NCBI RefSeq assembly: GCF_018350175.1
Contig: NC_058383.1
Coordinates: 21,578,001 to 21,642,000, forward strand
DNA length: 64,000 nt
Direction of reading: 5' to 3'
Source: Felis catus
Lineage: Eukaryota
This document shows, piece by piece, positions 50,936 through 63,656 of the stretch (positions are counted from its first letter, which is position 1; the number at the start of each line of letters is the position of its first letter). A model generated the notes under the pieces. The model was given only the letters and a program-made list of their open reading frames with translations. It was not told the origin of the DNA and did not search any database. Both the position numbers and the translations under genes were made by a program.

Positions 50936-51534
50936 CTGGGAAGGAAATACTTAAAATTAGTTCAGGCTTATTTGTCACTTAAAAATCCATTATTAAATAT
51001 CCAAAACTTTTATTCCTAAAGCCCACGCAATTCTCCTGATTCAGTTACCATAATTAGTGTAACCTAAGCTGCTACTTATGAATAATTTGCACATTTTTGC
51101 TAGTGAAATAATTTCTCTGCGCTTGCATATTTTTAAACACTAACATTTTAAAGCGCTTTATTAAATCACAAGCCATAGCAACACAACAGAAAAGGCGGCC
51201 GTAACTACATTTCTGGTGACTCCTCAGCCCACAGAAAACACGGTCAAGTTGGTCCCCCAACACGGCGAAGAGGAACAACGAACGGAGGTTTTGCGTTACT
51301 CTTCACACTGGCCTGCGGGACTGACTCTGCTCTCGCCGCCTGGAGCACAGGGGCACTGGTAACGGGCCAGACCTGCTCGCTGGCCCAAGACCTGATGCTC
51401 AGCTTTCCATGCGTCCTATCCGTGTCCCCCCCACCCTCGGCCCAGGACTGGGCTACAGTAGAACCTACAACCTCTAGAGATAACGCAACCTTAATGGGAA
51501 GAAACCCTCACGGAGGAAGCAGGCAGCACTTTAC

Positions 51535-51693
51535 CTGGTGGCCAATTAACACTGCTAGAGCCGTTAGGCGATTTGGCACGTGGCCAGCCGTCTCCTATTG
51601 AACCTGGAGGACTGGCTGGAGAAGTACTGCTGTTCATAAAGTCATAGGGAACAAACGGAGACTCTTCCAGCCTGAAACCACTTGAAATAGCAC
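51535..51693 (-). CDS. TNRC6A: TNRC6A exon ([19 protein letters not shown]...SSSVNWPP)
   Basis: 159 nt, phase 1-1, ctccctctgtag acceptor, GTAAAG donor. Confidence 0.98.
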
Positions 51694-52409
51694 CTACAGA
51701 GGGAGACACAGGGCAGTAAACGTGAGGCAAAATATACGCGTGAATTTATTTCTTGCGGTTTCTCCAATAGCAAGAGAGAACTCGTCATGGGTCTGCGGGT
51801 TCCAAGTTGTGTTCTGCAGGCCATGTGAAAAGGCAAGGCGAAAACAAGGCTCTGCACTCGCCCAGACTTCAGTCACTTTTCACGCTCTCATGTACCGAGA
51901 TCTGGAAATTATCATCATGAATTTTATTTCCGGAAGGATAATAAGGACCAGAGCCATCAACAAGTGACCCGGGTACGAGTACACACTTATTTTCAAATCG
52001 TTAAAACACTGGTATCTTGGCCTAAATGGAGAACGAGCACAGTGAAGTCTCTGTCCAGGAGGTGTGTGTGGGGGGAGGATGGGCAAGGGGTGATGAGGAG
52101 TGATGGAGAGAAGAAAAGAACTGTGGAAAAGGAAGAATGACGGTGGGGAACACTGTGAGTGCCAAAGAGGTGTACCCGAGAATCGAGACTGCTATGCATG
52201 TAATGAAGACAAATATCCTTTTTTTTCAGGATGTTTATATTTCTACTTATACACACCCCCTCGTAACTATACCACATTAGTGAAGCTACCTGTTATCAAA
52301 ATTGAGTGTGAAATCCCACAAAAAGGCAATTTATGCTCACTTAGAAATCGTCACTTGTTTCCTGATGATTTATTCTCCACACTGATCTTTGTTTTGCCTT
52401 ATTAAAAAA

Positions 52410-54119
52410 ATTTTTTTAATCCTTATTTATGTTTTTGAGAGAGCATGAGTCAGGGAGGGGCAGAGAGAGAGGGAGACACAGAATTGGAAGCAGGCTCCAA
52501 CGTGGGGCTCGAACTCACGGACCGTGAGATCATGACCTGAGCCAAAGTCAGACGCTTAACCAACTGAGCCACCAAGTGCCCCTGTTTATTTTTAATAGAT
52601 ATATACCTTGTCTATTTTTTGCTGACAGCAGAGCGCCTGACGCAGAGCTTGAACCCACGGACCGTGAGATCATGACCTGCGCCAAAGCCAGACACTTAAC
52701 TCAACTACGCGGGGGCCCCTAATTACCTTCTATTAATCACTTCATGGGAGAAGGTGCAGAAGATGGGAAGTGAGATTGTATAGGCGGCAGGTGTAGTTGA
52801 AGCAAGCAGAGCTGGATTTATGCCACAGAAATGCTGTGTCTTAGAGGTAGGGCGTGTGAGCGGTGACCATAAGGAAGGCCAACACCGCCTGGGCACTAGT
52901 GGCTCACCCTGTCCTAGTGCTTGAGTGCTTCTGAGGTGTTGTCTTATTCACCCTCCAAACACCATACGAGGTATTATTATACTCCCATTTAGCAGGTAAA
53001 GGTTAAGTTACTTGCCAACAGCTAATAAATAGCAGAGCTAGGTCTCAAATCCCAGGTCTGTGTCTATTTTGCCATTTTGCCATCATGTCAACTACCACTC
53101 CCACGCTGAAGAAAAATTCCAAATGTGATATGCCACTGAGTGGCAAATGTAACTTAGAATTCAGGTCTGTTTGATTCAGGGTTCGATGTTCTTTCTACCA
53201 TGTGACCATTTCACCTTCCATTTCTGATAATCATCAGTCCAAGGTTCACAAACTAGCAAACTGACCTTTAAGCCAAGTTTAGTCAAATAAAGTTTCAAGA
53301 TACAAATCCAGTGGAGAGGACCGAATGTCACAAACATGTTAATCAGAGGGACAGATTTGATGCTGCTTAGGTTAGAAAGCAGAGAGGCTCTCCTGGCTGC
53401 CACCCAACCCCCCCCCCCTCACCCCACCACCCACCCGGCCATTATCTTAAATCACTAAGTCCTATCAATTCTGCTTCCTACAATTTTGTGTTTTGCACAA
53501 CTGCAACAATTTAGTTTTGACAGAACGCGCATGCTGCTGAGCGAGTGAAGGCAGGGCAGAAGGAAGAGGGAGAGAGAGAATCCCAAACAGGCTCCAATCT
53601 CAGTCCAACTCAGGGCTTGATCCCATGACCCTGGGATCATGAGCTCAGCTGAAACCAAGAATTGGATGCTCAACCGGCTGAGCCACCCAGGTCCCCCAAA
53701 TGCAGTGATTTCTGAATTATTTTGTTTTGGGTCCCTTGTATGCAAAGAGTTGGATTTTGCTTTATGATTCAATCTGAATTTATTTTGATAAATTACTTTG
53801 GCTCATTTATGCTTATCAATTTTATATATATTTTGGTTCTAGTTTCTCATATTATTTTATATGATGCCTTTTATTTCTTCACAGATTCTTTTTTTTTTTT
53901 TAAGTTTACTTATTTTGATAGAAAGAGAGAGAGAAGGAGGGAGAGGGAGGAGAGAATGAGAGCAGGGACAGGCAGAGAGAGAGAGGAGGAAATCCCAAGC
54001 AAGCGCTATGCTGTCGGCACAAAGCCCAGACTTGGGGCTCAAAATCACGAATTGTGAGATCATGACCTGAGCCGAAATCAACCGTCGGGTGCTTAACTGA
54101 CTTGACCATCCAGGAGCCC
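52410..54119 (-). mobile_element. Four intronic Can-SINEs (52410-52582, ~52613-52719, ~53513-53697, ~53888-54119)
   Basis: gagatcatgacctgagcc...gagccacc heads; span includes intervening unique and MIR sequence. Confidence 0.85.
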
Positions 54120-55049
54120 TGATTTCTTTATAGATTCCTTAAAAACTCTAAAAATATGGTACCTGTTTTTCTCTTTTCTGAAAATGTGGAAGGCTTACGT
54201 TTTTGTTTCAGTGGGTGTCTCTGTAACTTGTTTAATCTCGTCTTCAAAAAATTCTGAGACATAGCTGACGTATAACACTGTGTTAGTTTCAAGTGCACAA
54301 CGTAAGAATTTGATGCTCTTATGTACTGTGAAATGATCATATAGCTCTTGAGTAATGACGACACTGGGTCAGGCTACACTGTCTCCTGTTTGGCTAAGCT
54401 CTGGATCAGGCACAGAAGTTTCCCAGCTGATCTCCTCGCCCCAGCTGATCTCCACTCCCCAGGTCTCCACAAAGCAGCCAGAGTAATCCCAAACACAAAA
54501 CATGCCACTTCCCAGCTGAACGGTCTCCAACAGGTCTCCATTGCAGAGGGGGGAATACTCAAACTCTTCAATCATTTATAAGGCCTCCACCCATCAGCCC
54601 TGGGTTCCCCTCTCATCACCTCTGCTTGGTTAACTCCTGTTATCTTTCGTATCTCAGCTTAAGAGGTCACAACCTTCTTCTGGAATCCTTCAGCTACTGC
54701 CCCCAACCCCAAGACGGAAATAAATATTCTATGTATGTACCCCCACCACAGAACAACGTGCTGGGGGCTGATGAGGGGAAAAGATTTTATCAACTGCCTT
54801 CTAGTTGTAGGATCTTAAGACCATAAAGCTTCCCAGACAACCTGGTCCAACCCTTCTGCGACGCACGCACAGCTTCCTGGTCAGATGTCCTTGCCATTCC
54901 ACCCTACCTCACTTAACGAATCTGTCTTTTCTTACTCCGGAAGGTGTGCAGTAAAGCGTTAGGACAGTAGGCCCAGAGTACACATTACAAAGAGCTACGA
55001 GACTGGCCCTCCCTCACTCCTGGGCTCCTCCAAGCCCACAGCATATCCT

Positions 55050-55544
55050 GCAGATAAGAGTACCTTTGCATACCCTGCACCTCAGCCAAGCCAGATAATT
55101 TCTGGTAACAAGGTGACTTCTGGTGAACATCTACTTCTGTCTGCCCGAGGCCTGGGTCATATACAGTATTTTTATCAAATCTCTGAGAGGTCTGCGGGGG
55201 TTGGAGACCGCATAACACGACCACGCAGGTGCTAATGCCTATGTGACTGACCCCCTGATAAAGACCCTGGATGCCAAGGCTTGTGTGAGCCTCTCTGGTC
55301 GGCAATACTTTGTATGTGGTTTCACATTGTGGCTGGAGAATGAAGTCTGTGAAACTTCACTGGGAGAGGACAACAGGAAACTTCTCCTGGACTCTGCCCT
55401 ATGCGCCTTTTTCCTTTGCTGACTTCCGTCTGTATTCTTTTGCTGTAATAAAGCATAACCATGAGTCATACAGCTTTCCTGACTTCTGTCAATTCTTCTG
55501 GCAAACCAGTGACCTTGAAAGTGGTCTTGGGGACTTCCGACACA
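55050..55544 (+). mobile_element. MER21/MER68/MER77-group ERVL LTR, antisense to TNRC6A
   Basis: atgcctatgtgactgaccccc-gataaagaccctgga, ctcctggactctgccctatg, AATAAA at 55447-55452, ends ...gacaca. Confidence 0.75.
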
Positions 55545-56867
55545 GAAGGTCTCCTGGGTTCGCCCTTTCTTCTCGGCTCCACAAGTAACTTATTACTAGC
55601 TCCCTATGGTGATAAACAGAGACCCCATCTCAGACAGTGCTGTGAGCAGTCAATGCTGGCCAAAGCCTTCCCCACAGGCGGCTCCCTTCCCCAGCCTCAG
55701 CTCGGGTCTGACGCGAGCTTGAACACTACCATCACATCCCTCCCCCTTAAAGATGATCTCTACCCCGTTCCACTGCTAGGGGACAACAGCCCCTCTCTTC
55801 TACAACACGGAAGCACAAATGCCAACATGAACTCAGGGTTGATGAAGAAGCGAGGGAGGTTGGCTACAGGCAAACTCCCATGGTCCTTCCCCAAATGGGA
55901 GCATGACTAGAGAGCGAGATCTCTCTGGTTAGGGACCGTAGGAAAATCTCTTTCCCCCAGTGGAAGGGAGGGCACAGGTGTGAGGGGAGGGAGAAGAGAA
56001 ACGGAACAAGCCCCGCACTCCCAAGTACGTGCAAACGCAAATGGCAAATGCTGCCACCCGGGGCTGGGCAGGGGTGGGGGTGGTGGGGACCACGGGGCGG
56101 GGCAGCGAGCGCACCAGCAGGCAGCTACCCCGCTCCGGGTGTGCACTGCTCCGGAGCTCCGTGCCGCCAGGCCTGCTTGTTTCTAAGAGACGCCACAAGT
56201 CTGAATTTGTGCGTGAAGTTTTCTGAATGTTTACACGGATGTTGAAAAAGATGATTTCAAAATCGTGAGGGTCTAACACAACATAACATGTGGGCTGGCA
56301 CCTAGCTGAACACCGACAGCCAGGTGTGAATTTTATTGTAAGTGAGAAAGGGAAACCACAGTGAACTATCAATAATGGGAATAGGATGATTAACATTCCT
56401 CTCCCTCTTCTTAATATAAGGAAAGGGGAAAACAAAGCCAACAAATAAGATTCCGAGTCTCCGCTGGGAGAGAGGCCAGCAGGAGCCACCGATCAGGAAG
56501 GAGCAGCCCTGGGAGGGGAGAACGTGAGAGTGTGAGGAACTGGAGGGTAGTAGTGTAAGAAAAAGCACTTCTTTACATAGACTGCAAAGCTTTTTGAAAA
56601 AGCCAACACTCTAAGACTCGACATTTAGCAGGCTCTCACATACAGATATCAAACCGTCTTTCCTTCTGGAGCTGAAGACCAAAACCACAACCGGGTCAAG
56701 AAGTATTTCCGAAATCATTTTTACAAAGGAGGAAAAAATAACAACGACAAAGAAAGAATCAAAGCAACAAAACAGAATACATCAGATCAAACATTCTTGA
56801 TTTTGAAAAAATTTTTGAGAGAGAAGGAGAACCTGTGCAGGGGGTCCAGGGGGAGGGGCAGAGAGAG

Positions 56868-56908
<41 letters not shown>

Positions 56909-57325
56909 CAGAGAGAATCTCAAGTAGACTCCATGCTTAGCTCGAAGCCCAACACAGGGCTCAATCCCACAACCCTGGGATCACGGTCCAAGCTGAATGC
57001 AAGAGTCGGTCGCTTAACTGACTGAGCCACCCAGTGCCCCATTCTTAATTTTTAAGGGGATGAAATGTAAGTCTGGAGATACCGAAATAATACCTATGAA
57101 ACAAAAACCACTGGTCTTGGGTTAGTTACTGTCAGCTATGCCACCTGCTCAAGTACAGACAAGGAGAACATTCTGGGAGCAGAGAAGCATGTAAATATTA
57201 AGTAATTTGTATAAGTAATGGAAATATTTTTAAGAAAAGAAAGAATGACTAAGTTTCAAGCATCAAATTAAGTAAATAAAGAACAGCAGGGATCTAGACT
57301 GGAGCAAAGAAAAAGGATCAACCTC

Positions 57326-57540
57326 GGGGCACCTGGGTGGCGCAGTCGGTTAAGCGTCTGACTTCAGCCAGGTCACGATCTCGCGGTCCGTGAGTTCGAG
57401 CCCCGCGTCAGGCTCTGGGCTGATGGCTCAGAGCCTGGAGCCTGTTTCCGATTCTGTGTCTCCCTCTCTCTCTGCCCCTCCCCCATTCATGCTCTGCCTC
57501 TCTCTGTCCCAAAAATAAATTAAAAAAAAAAAAAAAAAAA
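57326..57540 (+). mobile_element. Young Can-SINE
   Basis: Perfect 16-bp TSD aaaaaggatcaacctc (57310-57325, 57541-57556). Confidence 0.97.
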
Positions 57541-57659
57541 AAAAAGGATCAACCTCTTCCTTATTTGGAAGAAGAGCACTTTCCTAGAACATATATAGGA
57601 ATAAAAGTATTTACTGTTTAAGCTAGTAACTAAAAAACTTAAAAGAATTTACTGCTTAC

Positions 57660-57759
57660 ACTGCAGATTTATGCAAAAACAGTCCATGCGATAGAATGAG
57701 TGGAAAAAAAAGATCAACATTAAGTTGTAAAAGAAGATAAAATATAAATACAAAATCAT
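57660..57759 (-). CDS. TNRC6A: Candidate alternative first coding exon of a short TNRC6A isoform (MILYLYFIFFYNLMLIFFFHSFYRMDCFCINLQ-C)
   Basis: Three in-frame ATGs (57759, 57720, 57687), AGT/GTAAGC donor in phase 1 matching the next exon, CCAAT/GC/YY1-like boxes just upstream; no transcript evidence. Confidence 0.45.
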
Positions 57760-58431
57760 GTGGTTAATTGAAGCCAATGAAGGACACACGGGAACGGGCT
57801 GCTTACAGGAAGGCCCCGCCCTGCCGCCCAAATGGCCACACGCCAGGTGCCAAGCCACAAGGGAAGAGCTTGACGGCTGTTACCGCATTCAGTCCCTTTA
57901 ACAATTCTGGGAGGTCTCATTTCCTTTTGCAGGTGCAAACACTGTGGCTTAAGGAGTTTAGGAACTGGGATGAAATCCTAACTGTATGTGACTTTAAAAT
58001 CTATGCTGAGGACCCCATTTATGTGACACACACCATGTACCAGCGTGCCCTGGGTCAGTATGCCGAGCACTGTAGGATACATGAGGGATGTGACACCTGC
58101 CACAGCAGTGCACGGAAGGCAAGAGGTCATTTTTACAAAGAAATTGAGGCTCAGATAAGCAGGGCAGACATGGAAAACTCCATTTTACCCCGAGAAGACA
58201 GAAAACCATATGACAGAAGCGTTTCTCTGGCTCTCTACATCTGACCTGTCCAGCTACTCCTTTCACTAGAGCCACACCCGGAGGCTGTCCTTGTTCTTTT
58301 CTAGGCTCCACTGCTCTGGGCAACCTTGTCCATGTCCATGACCTCAACATTCTGATGAATACCAAACCTTATCCTAGCTCAGATTTTTCTTCTGAGTGCT
58401 GGCCTCTATTCCTGATTTCTTTAGAAAACAT

Positions 58432-59039
58432 TTTTTTTTAATGTTTTATTTATTTTTGAGAGAAAGAGACCAGGAGCAGCGGAGGGGCAGAGAGAGGGAG
58501 ACACAGAATCTAAAGCAGGTTCCAGGCTCTGAGCGGCCGGCACAGAGCCCGATGTGGGGCTCCAACTCACAAACTTCAAGACTGTGACCTGAGCCGAAGT
58601 TGGACGCCTAACCGACTGAGCCACTCCCCCACAGAAGTTACCCCCACTTTTTAAAGTTTATTTATTTTGAGAGACAGAAAAAGTATCAGCAGGGGAGGGG
58701 CAGAGAGAATCCCAAGCAGGCTCTATGCTGTCAGGGCAGAGCCTGATGCAGGGCTAGATCTCATGAACTGTGAGATCATGATCTGACCCAAAATCAAGAG
58801 TCGGGCGCAGGGCGCCTCGGTGGCTCAGTCGGTTAAGCGTCCAACTTCAGCTCAGGTCATGATCTCATGGTTCTAGCCTCACAACGGGCATTGTGCTGAC
58901 CGCTCAGACAGAGCCTGGATCCTGCTTCAGATTCTGTGTCTCCCTCTCTCTCTCTCAAAAATAAATAAACATTAAAAAAAAAAATTCTTTTTTTTAAAAA
59001 GAGTTGGGCACTTAACCAACTAAGCCACCCAGGCACCCC
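58432..59039. mobile_element. Can-SINE cluster: - 58432-58625; - host 58648-59039 with nested + SINE 58809-58998
   Basis: TSD aagagt(c/t)gggc(g/a)c at 58796-58808 and 58999-59011. Confidence 0.9.
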
Positions 59040-60309
59040 ACCCCAAGCCCAGTCTTAAAGGTCAAGGGGTTGGGCTGAAGGAGAGAGGCCCAGGAGGTGG
59101 GTTACGGATAATCGTGTATTTGCACAAGGACTTAAGTTAGTTACCCAGCCCTTCCATCCTTAATTCTAAGGCTGTTTTTGGTGCACTCTCTCCTCATCCA
59201 CTGCCTTCTGCCTCACTTACACTGCTTAGAGTCTTCTGTGTCTCTGGGTTGAAAATTTAAGATGATTTACGGCACAAAGTGGTCTGTGATTTGCTCATTC
59301 TGGCCTCTACTGTCCTAGATTCTTCTTCCTCCCTTTGCCCCCTCACCTCCGTGACACGCGTGCATAACAGAACCCCACGGGTTGTCCTGCGTTTGAACTT
59401 TTCAAATGCTCTACTCTTTTTGCCATCCTCTCTCTACCCCTTCATGTGGTCTGAAGACCCGCTTCTTAGTCTCCATATAAAAGCCTTTCCAGACCCAGCG
59501 CACCGAAAGGCTGTCGTTCCTGCCCCCTGCCACCCCCCAACAGTGGACCGCACACTGCCATCCCACGTGTGCCAACATCTCAGTCCGTCTGTGTTCCTGG
59601 CACCTACCACAGGGTGTAAAAGCTGTTACGTGCTGACTTTTGCTACCAAACCAAAGAGCTCCGTTCAGGGCAAGTACTGCTCCTGGCTCATCTATGCTCA
59701 ATGGTGTGCGTGCGTGTGCATGTGTATCCAGGTGGCCAAGAACGGTCCTTTGGAAAGCAGAAAATGTTCCACTAACATTTGCTAGATGGATTGATGTTAA
59801 ACAGGTTGAAAATTATATTTCTAAAAAAAAAAATGTAATTAACGGATGAAAAGACAATAATATTGAATCTATATGATTTACACAAAGCAACAAAATACAT
59901 GAAGAAAATGTGCCATTATACAAAACACTGACAGAAATCAAATTATGCTGGGAGTTTTTAATACCCTCCCCATCATACTAAGTTAAGTAAATGTCAAGTA
60001 GAACACTAGAACGATCAAATCCATTGCAAAAACCTAAATGACCATTAAAGAGGGACAAATTTTTAAACCACAAATGTATACTGAATCTTGATTTTGTACA
60101 AAATCATTAATTGTGTTAATTGTGCCTTTTTAAAAATTTAACTAAGATTTAATAACTAATAAGCACTTTTTAATAATGAGGAAAGGGTCTAAGTGGATTT
60201 GGCTACAAATACAGACATTTAAGATAAAATAAAAGCCTAAATTTAGTATTCTACAGGGTTTTGTTTTGTTTGTTTTTTTAAGTACAACATGTAAGAATGT
60301 ATTTCATAC

Positions 60310-60441
60310 CATGTTTGCTGGAGTTTTGATCCAAAGATGTGTTCACAGAAATGCTGTCCACTGTAGTCCACTTCCTTAGTCTTGACTGTGGCTCTTTAAT
60401 ACTGTTCATATCCATATTTACATTCAAGTTTGAGTTCAAGC
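60310..60441 (-). CDS. TNRC6A: TNRC6A exon with CIM-1-like motif ([44 protein letters not shown])
   Basis: 132 nt, phase 1-1, ttttgtttttag acceptor, GTATGA donor; read by hand, not in the ORF track. Confidence 0.98.
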
Positions 60442-60798
60442 CTAAAAACAAAACAATATTTTAATAGAAAACCACTTTATAAAATATAACATGTTTTCCT
60501 TCCAATACCACGACCTCCATTTTCTAGAAAAAAACATGTAACTAATCTAATGTTTTTAATCCTGTGACCTGGGACTGTTCCTTAGCAGGTATCACCCTAC
60601 AAATGTGCACAGCCAAATGATTACAGACAAGCACAAGGTAGGCAGAACACTCTGGGCCCCTGGCCAAGGTTGTGTAGAAATCCTCAATAGATATTCTAAT
60701 ATTCAATAACCCAATGTTTTCAAACCATGAAACTGTTAAAACTATAACAGTGTTAATGTGGAAAACTATAGAATATGATTATTTTAAAATTCCTTGGT

Positions 60799-61980
60799 GG
60801 GGCACCTTGGTGGCTCAGGCAGTTGGAGCATCCAACTCTTGATTTCGGGCTCAGGTCATGATCTCAGGGTTGTAGGATCAAGCCCCACATTTGGCTCCAT
60901 GCTGAGTGTGGAGCCTGCTTAAGATTCTCTCTCTCTCCCTCTGCCCCTCTTGTGCTTGCTCTCTCTCAAACGATAAACAAACAAACAAATAAATTTCCCC
61001 GGTAAAAAGAGACAATTTTAAGGAAGCTCAATATTAAAGTTTATCTCCAATAAAATAGATCTCTTTAGCTATCCCCCAAGAGCACCACGGATGAAGAAAC
61101 ATAGGGAATCATGTTCAGTTATCTTTTGCTTATAAACAAAAGTTTTCAACTGGCTTGCCAGCCAAAGGACACCGTCATTGAAAAGCAAAAAGGTCCTGGG
61201 GCGCCTGGGTGGCTCGGTTGGTTAAGCATCTGACTTTGGCTCAGGTCACGATCCCATGGTTCGTGAGTCTGAGCCCTGCATCAGTCTCTCTGCTGTCAGT
61301 GCGAAGCCTGCTTTGGATCCTCTGACCCCCTCTCGATCTCTGCCCCTTCCCCACTTGTGCTCTCTCTCTGTCAAAAGTAAAACAAACATTAAAAAAAAAA
61401 AAAAGTAAAAACGTCCTGCTCTAATAATTTAGAGACTCCCATATCTCAAGGCGCAACTTCCTTGACCTTTGGTGATGAAACACATCACACTTAGATATTC
61501 TGTTGGAACAGGATGGAAATTTCCATCTTGCATACTGTGGGTCAGAAAACTGACTGTTAATCCAGGGTTTCTGAAGTGTGATCCAGGGACCATCAACATC
61601 AGAATCATCTGAGATTCTTGTTAAAAATGAACACTTTTCAATGGGAGCCAGAATCTCTGGCCACATAGCCAGGTGGTTCGTATTTTAAAATTTCAAAACA
61701 AATAGTTTTAAATACTTGGGTTTGACGACAGTCCATGTGATATCAGGTCAAACTTAAAAACTTTAATAACGTGGGGCGCCTGGGTGGCTCAGTTAGGTGA
61801 CCAACTTTGGCTCAGGTCATGATCTCACGGTTTGTGAGTTCGAGCCCTGCATTGGGCTCTGTGCTGAGAGCTCAGAGCCTGGAGCCTGCTTCGGATCCTG
61901 TGTCTCCCTCTCTCTCCCTCTGCCCCTCCCTCACTCACACTCTGTGTCTCTCTCTCAAAAATAAATAAAACATTGAAAAA
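60799..61980 (+). mobile_element. Three + strand Can-SINEs (60799-60993, 61198-61405, 61773-61980) and a MER5A-like relic (~61560-61690)
   Basis: SINE heads and A tails; catcagaatcatctgagattcttgttaaaa MER5A motif. Confidence 0.85.
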
Positions 61981-62069
61981 ACACTTTAATAACATAAATT
62001 CTCTAATATCATCCCAATTTTTTGAAGAGAGCAATTACATTTGTTCTCTGGACTCATCAACCAGACCCA

Positions 62070-62290
62070 AGACTCGGCAAATTTTTCTGTGAAGCTTCAA
62101 ATAGTAAGTATCTCAGGCTCTGTGGGCCACAAGGTCTGTGGGTCTCTGTGCAACTCTGTTTTAGCACAAAAGCAACCACAGAAAATACATTAACAAAAGA
62201 CCATGGCTGTGTTCCAATAAAACTTTCTTTACAAAACCAGGCCACCGGCCAAATGTGGCCAACAGGCTCCAGTCTGCCAATGCCTGATTT
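62070..62290. mobile_element. MER58-like hAT element
   Basis: tcggcaaatttttctgtgaag...ggctgtgttccaataaaactt...tgcc...cctg. Confidence 0.7.
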
Positions 62291-63172
62291 AGACAACCAT
62301 GCTGTGTTGGTATGAGTTAGGCAGACCTCTTAACCAGGAAAATGTATCTCTCTGTCCTTGCTGAGAGTCTGCAGCAATACGAGGGGGAGCCAGAGTGAAG
62401 CGAAGCAGGGCAACAGCGGGCCCCACCCCGCCCACGGCCAAGAGCAGGCTAGCTCGTTAGCTGTCTTCAACACACTTGGGCTGGCAACCAATCGAGCTGG
62501 CTTTCGAGAAGCCATTTTAAGGGAAAAGAGAGAAAGCAAAAGCAAAATCAACAGAGTGTCAACAATCAAGGCTCAAAATATAATCAAAGGCACAGAGAGA
62601 AAAGAGACCCAGGGAGGGGGAAAACATACAAGCCTGAAGTTTCCAGAGGGAGACAGGGAAAGAAAGGAAGAGGGGAGCTACTGCAAGGGCAACAGAGGCA
62701 ACCCTCCTGCCTCTGTGTCCTACACTCAACACTCATGCCAGAAATCACCCCGAAAGACTCAGACAATCGTGACAATTTCAGGCGCTGCCCCACAGAAGCC
62801 ACTCATCCCAGTTATTCCCCAAAGCGGCACTGCTCCGGGTGTCTCTGGCATGTGGTTACTAACCACCCCCCCCCCCCCCCCCCCCCACTCTACGAGGAAA
62901 CCACCTGGGGCTCGAGAGCAACTTCACCTTTATTCTAACCCACTTTAAATGAGCAGGGAGTTTTTGAAACAGCATGGCTTTCTGGAATGGAGAGAGGCCT
63001 TCCTGGAAGCAGGGAGATAGGCTGACCCTGGGAGAGGCAGGGCAGCTCCCGGAGAGGAACGAGCCACAGAGCCGGCGTGGTTCCGAGGGGACAGAACTGT
63101 GCCGCCAAAGGAGAAGACGTCAGGCAGCGGCTCCTGGTGTCAGGTGAATGCCCCCGCCAAGGAGAAACCCAC

Positions 63173-63383
63173 CTATAGGGAAGTTGCTGAAAGCATTTAT
63201 TGGTGACGGCCCTTTCTGCAGCTCGGGTGTAGTGTGGGGCATGACGTTCTCGAGGAAAGGTTTCATGGCTGGCTGATGGAGTGGCTGCTGCTGAGCTGGC
63301 GGGGTCTGTTGCTTCACCAACAGGTTGGGGTCCAGTTGGCGAGACTGCTGCATCATTTGCTGCTGCACACTAAGAGGTCGACC
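63173..63383 (-). CDS. TNRC6A: TNRC6A Q-rich exon ([19 protein letters not shown]...AFSNFPI)
   Basis: 211 nt, phase 0-1, ttgttttcag acceptor, GTGGGT donor. Confidence 0.98.
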
Positions 63384-63656
63384 CTGAAAACAACCAAGTG
63401 ATCGGGAAACACTGGAGAGAAAGTCTTTAGGGATACCCAGGTATTCCCCCCTCAACTGCCGAATTCCCCTCCTCCCTGGCAGGAAGGTGAATAATCACCA
63501 TACTCCAGTTAACACGACCTCCGGGCAAACAGGAGACTTAACACATCACATATTTTGTCGTATCCTGATACAGGCATTTCGCCTCTCTTGTCACAAGCTC
63601 GAATGAAGTGAGTTCAGCGCAAGCTAAGCAAAAGGGGAAAGAAGGGTGTGATCTAC

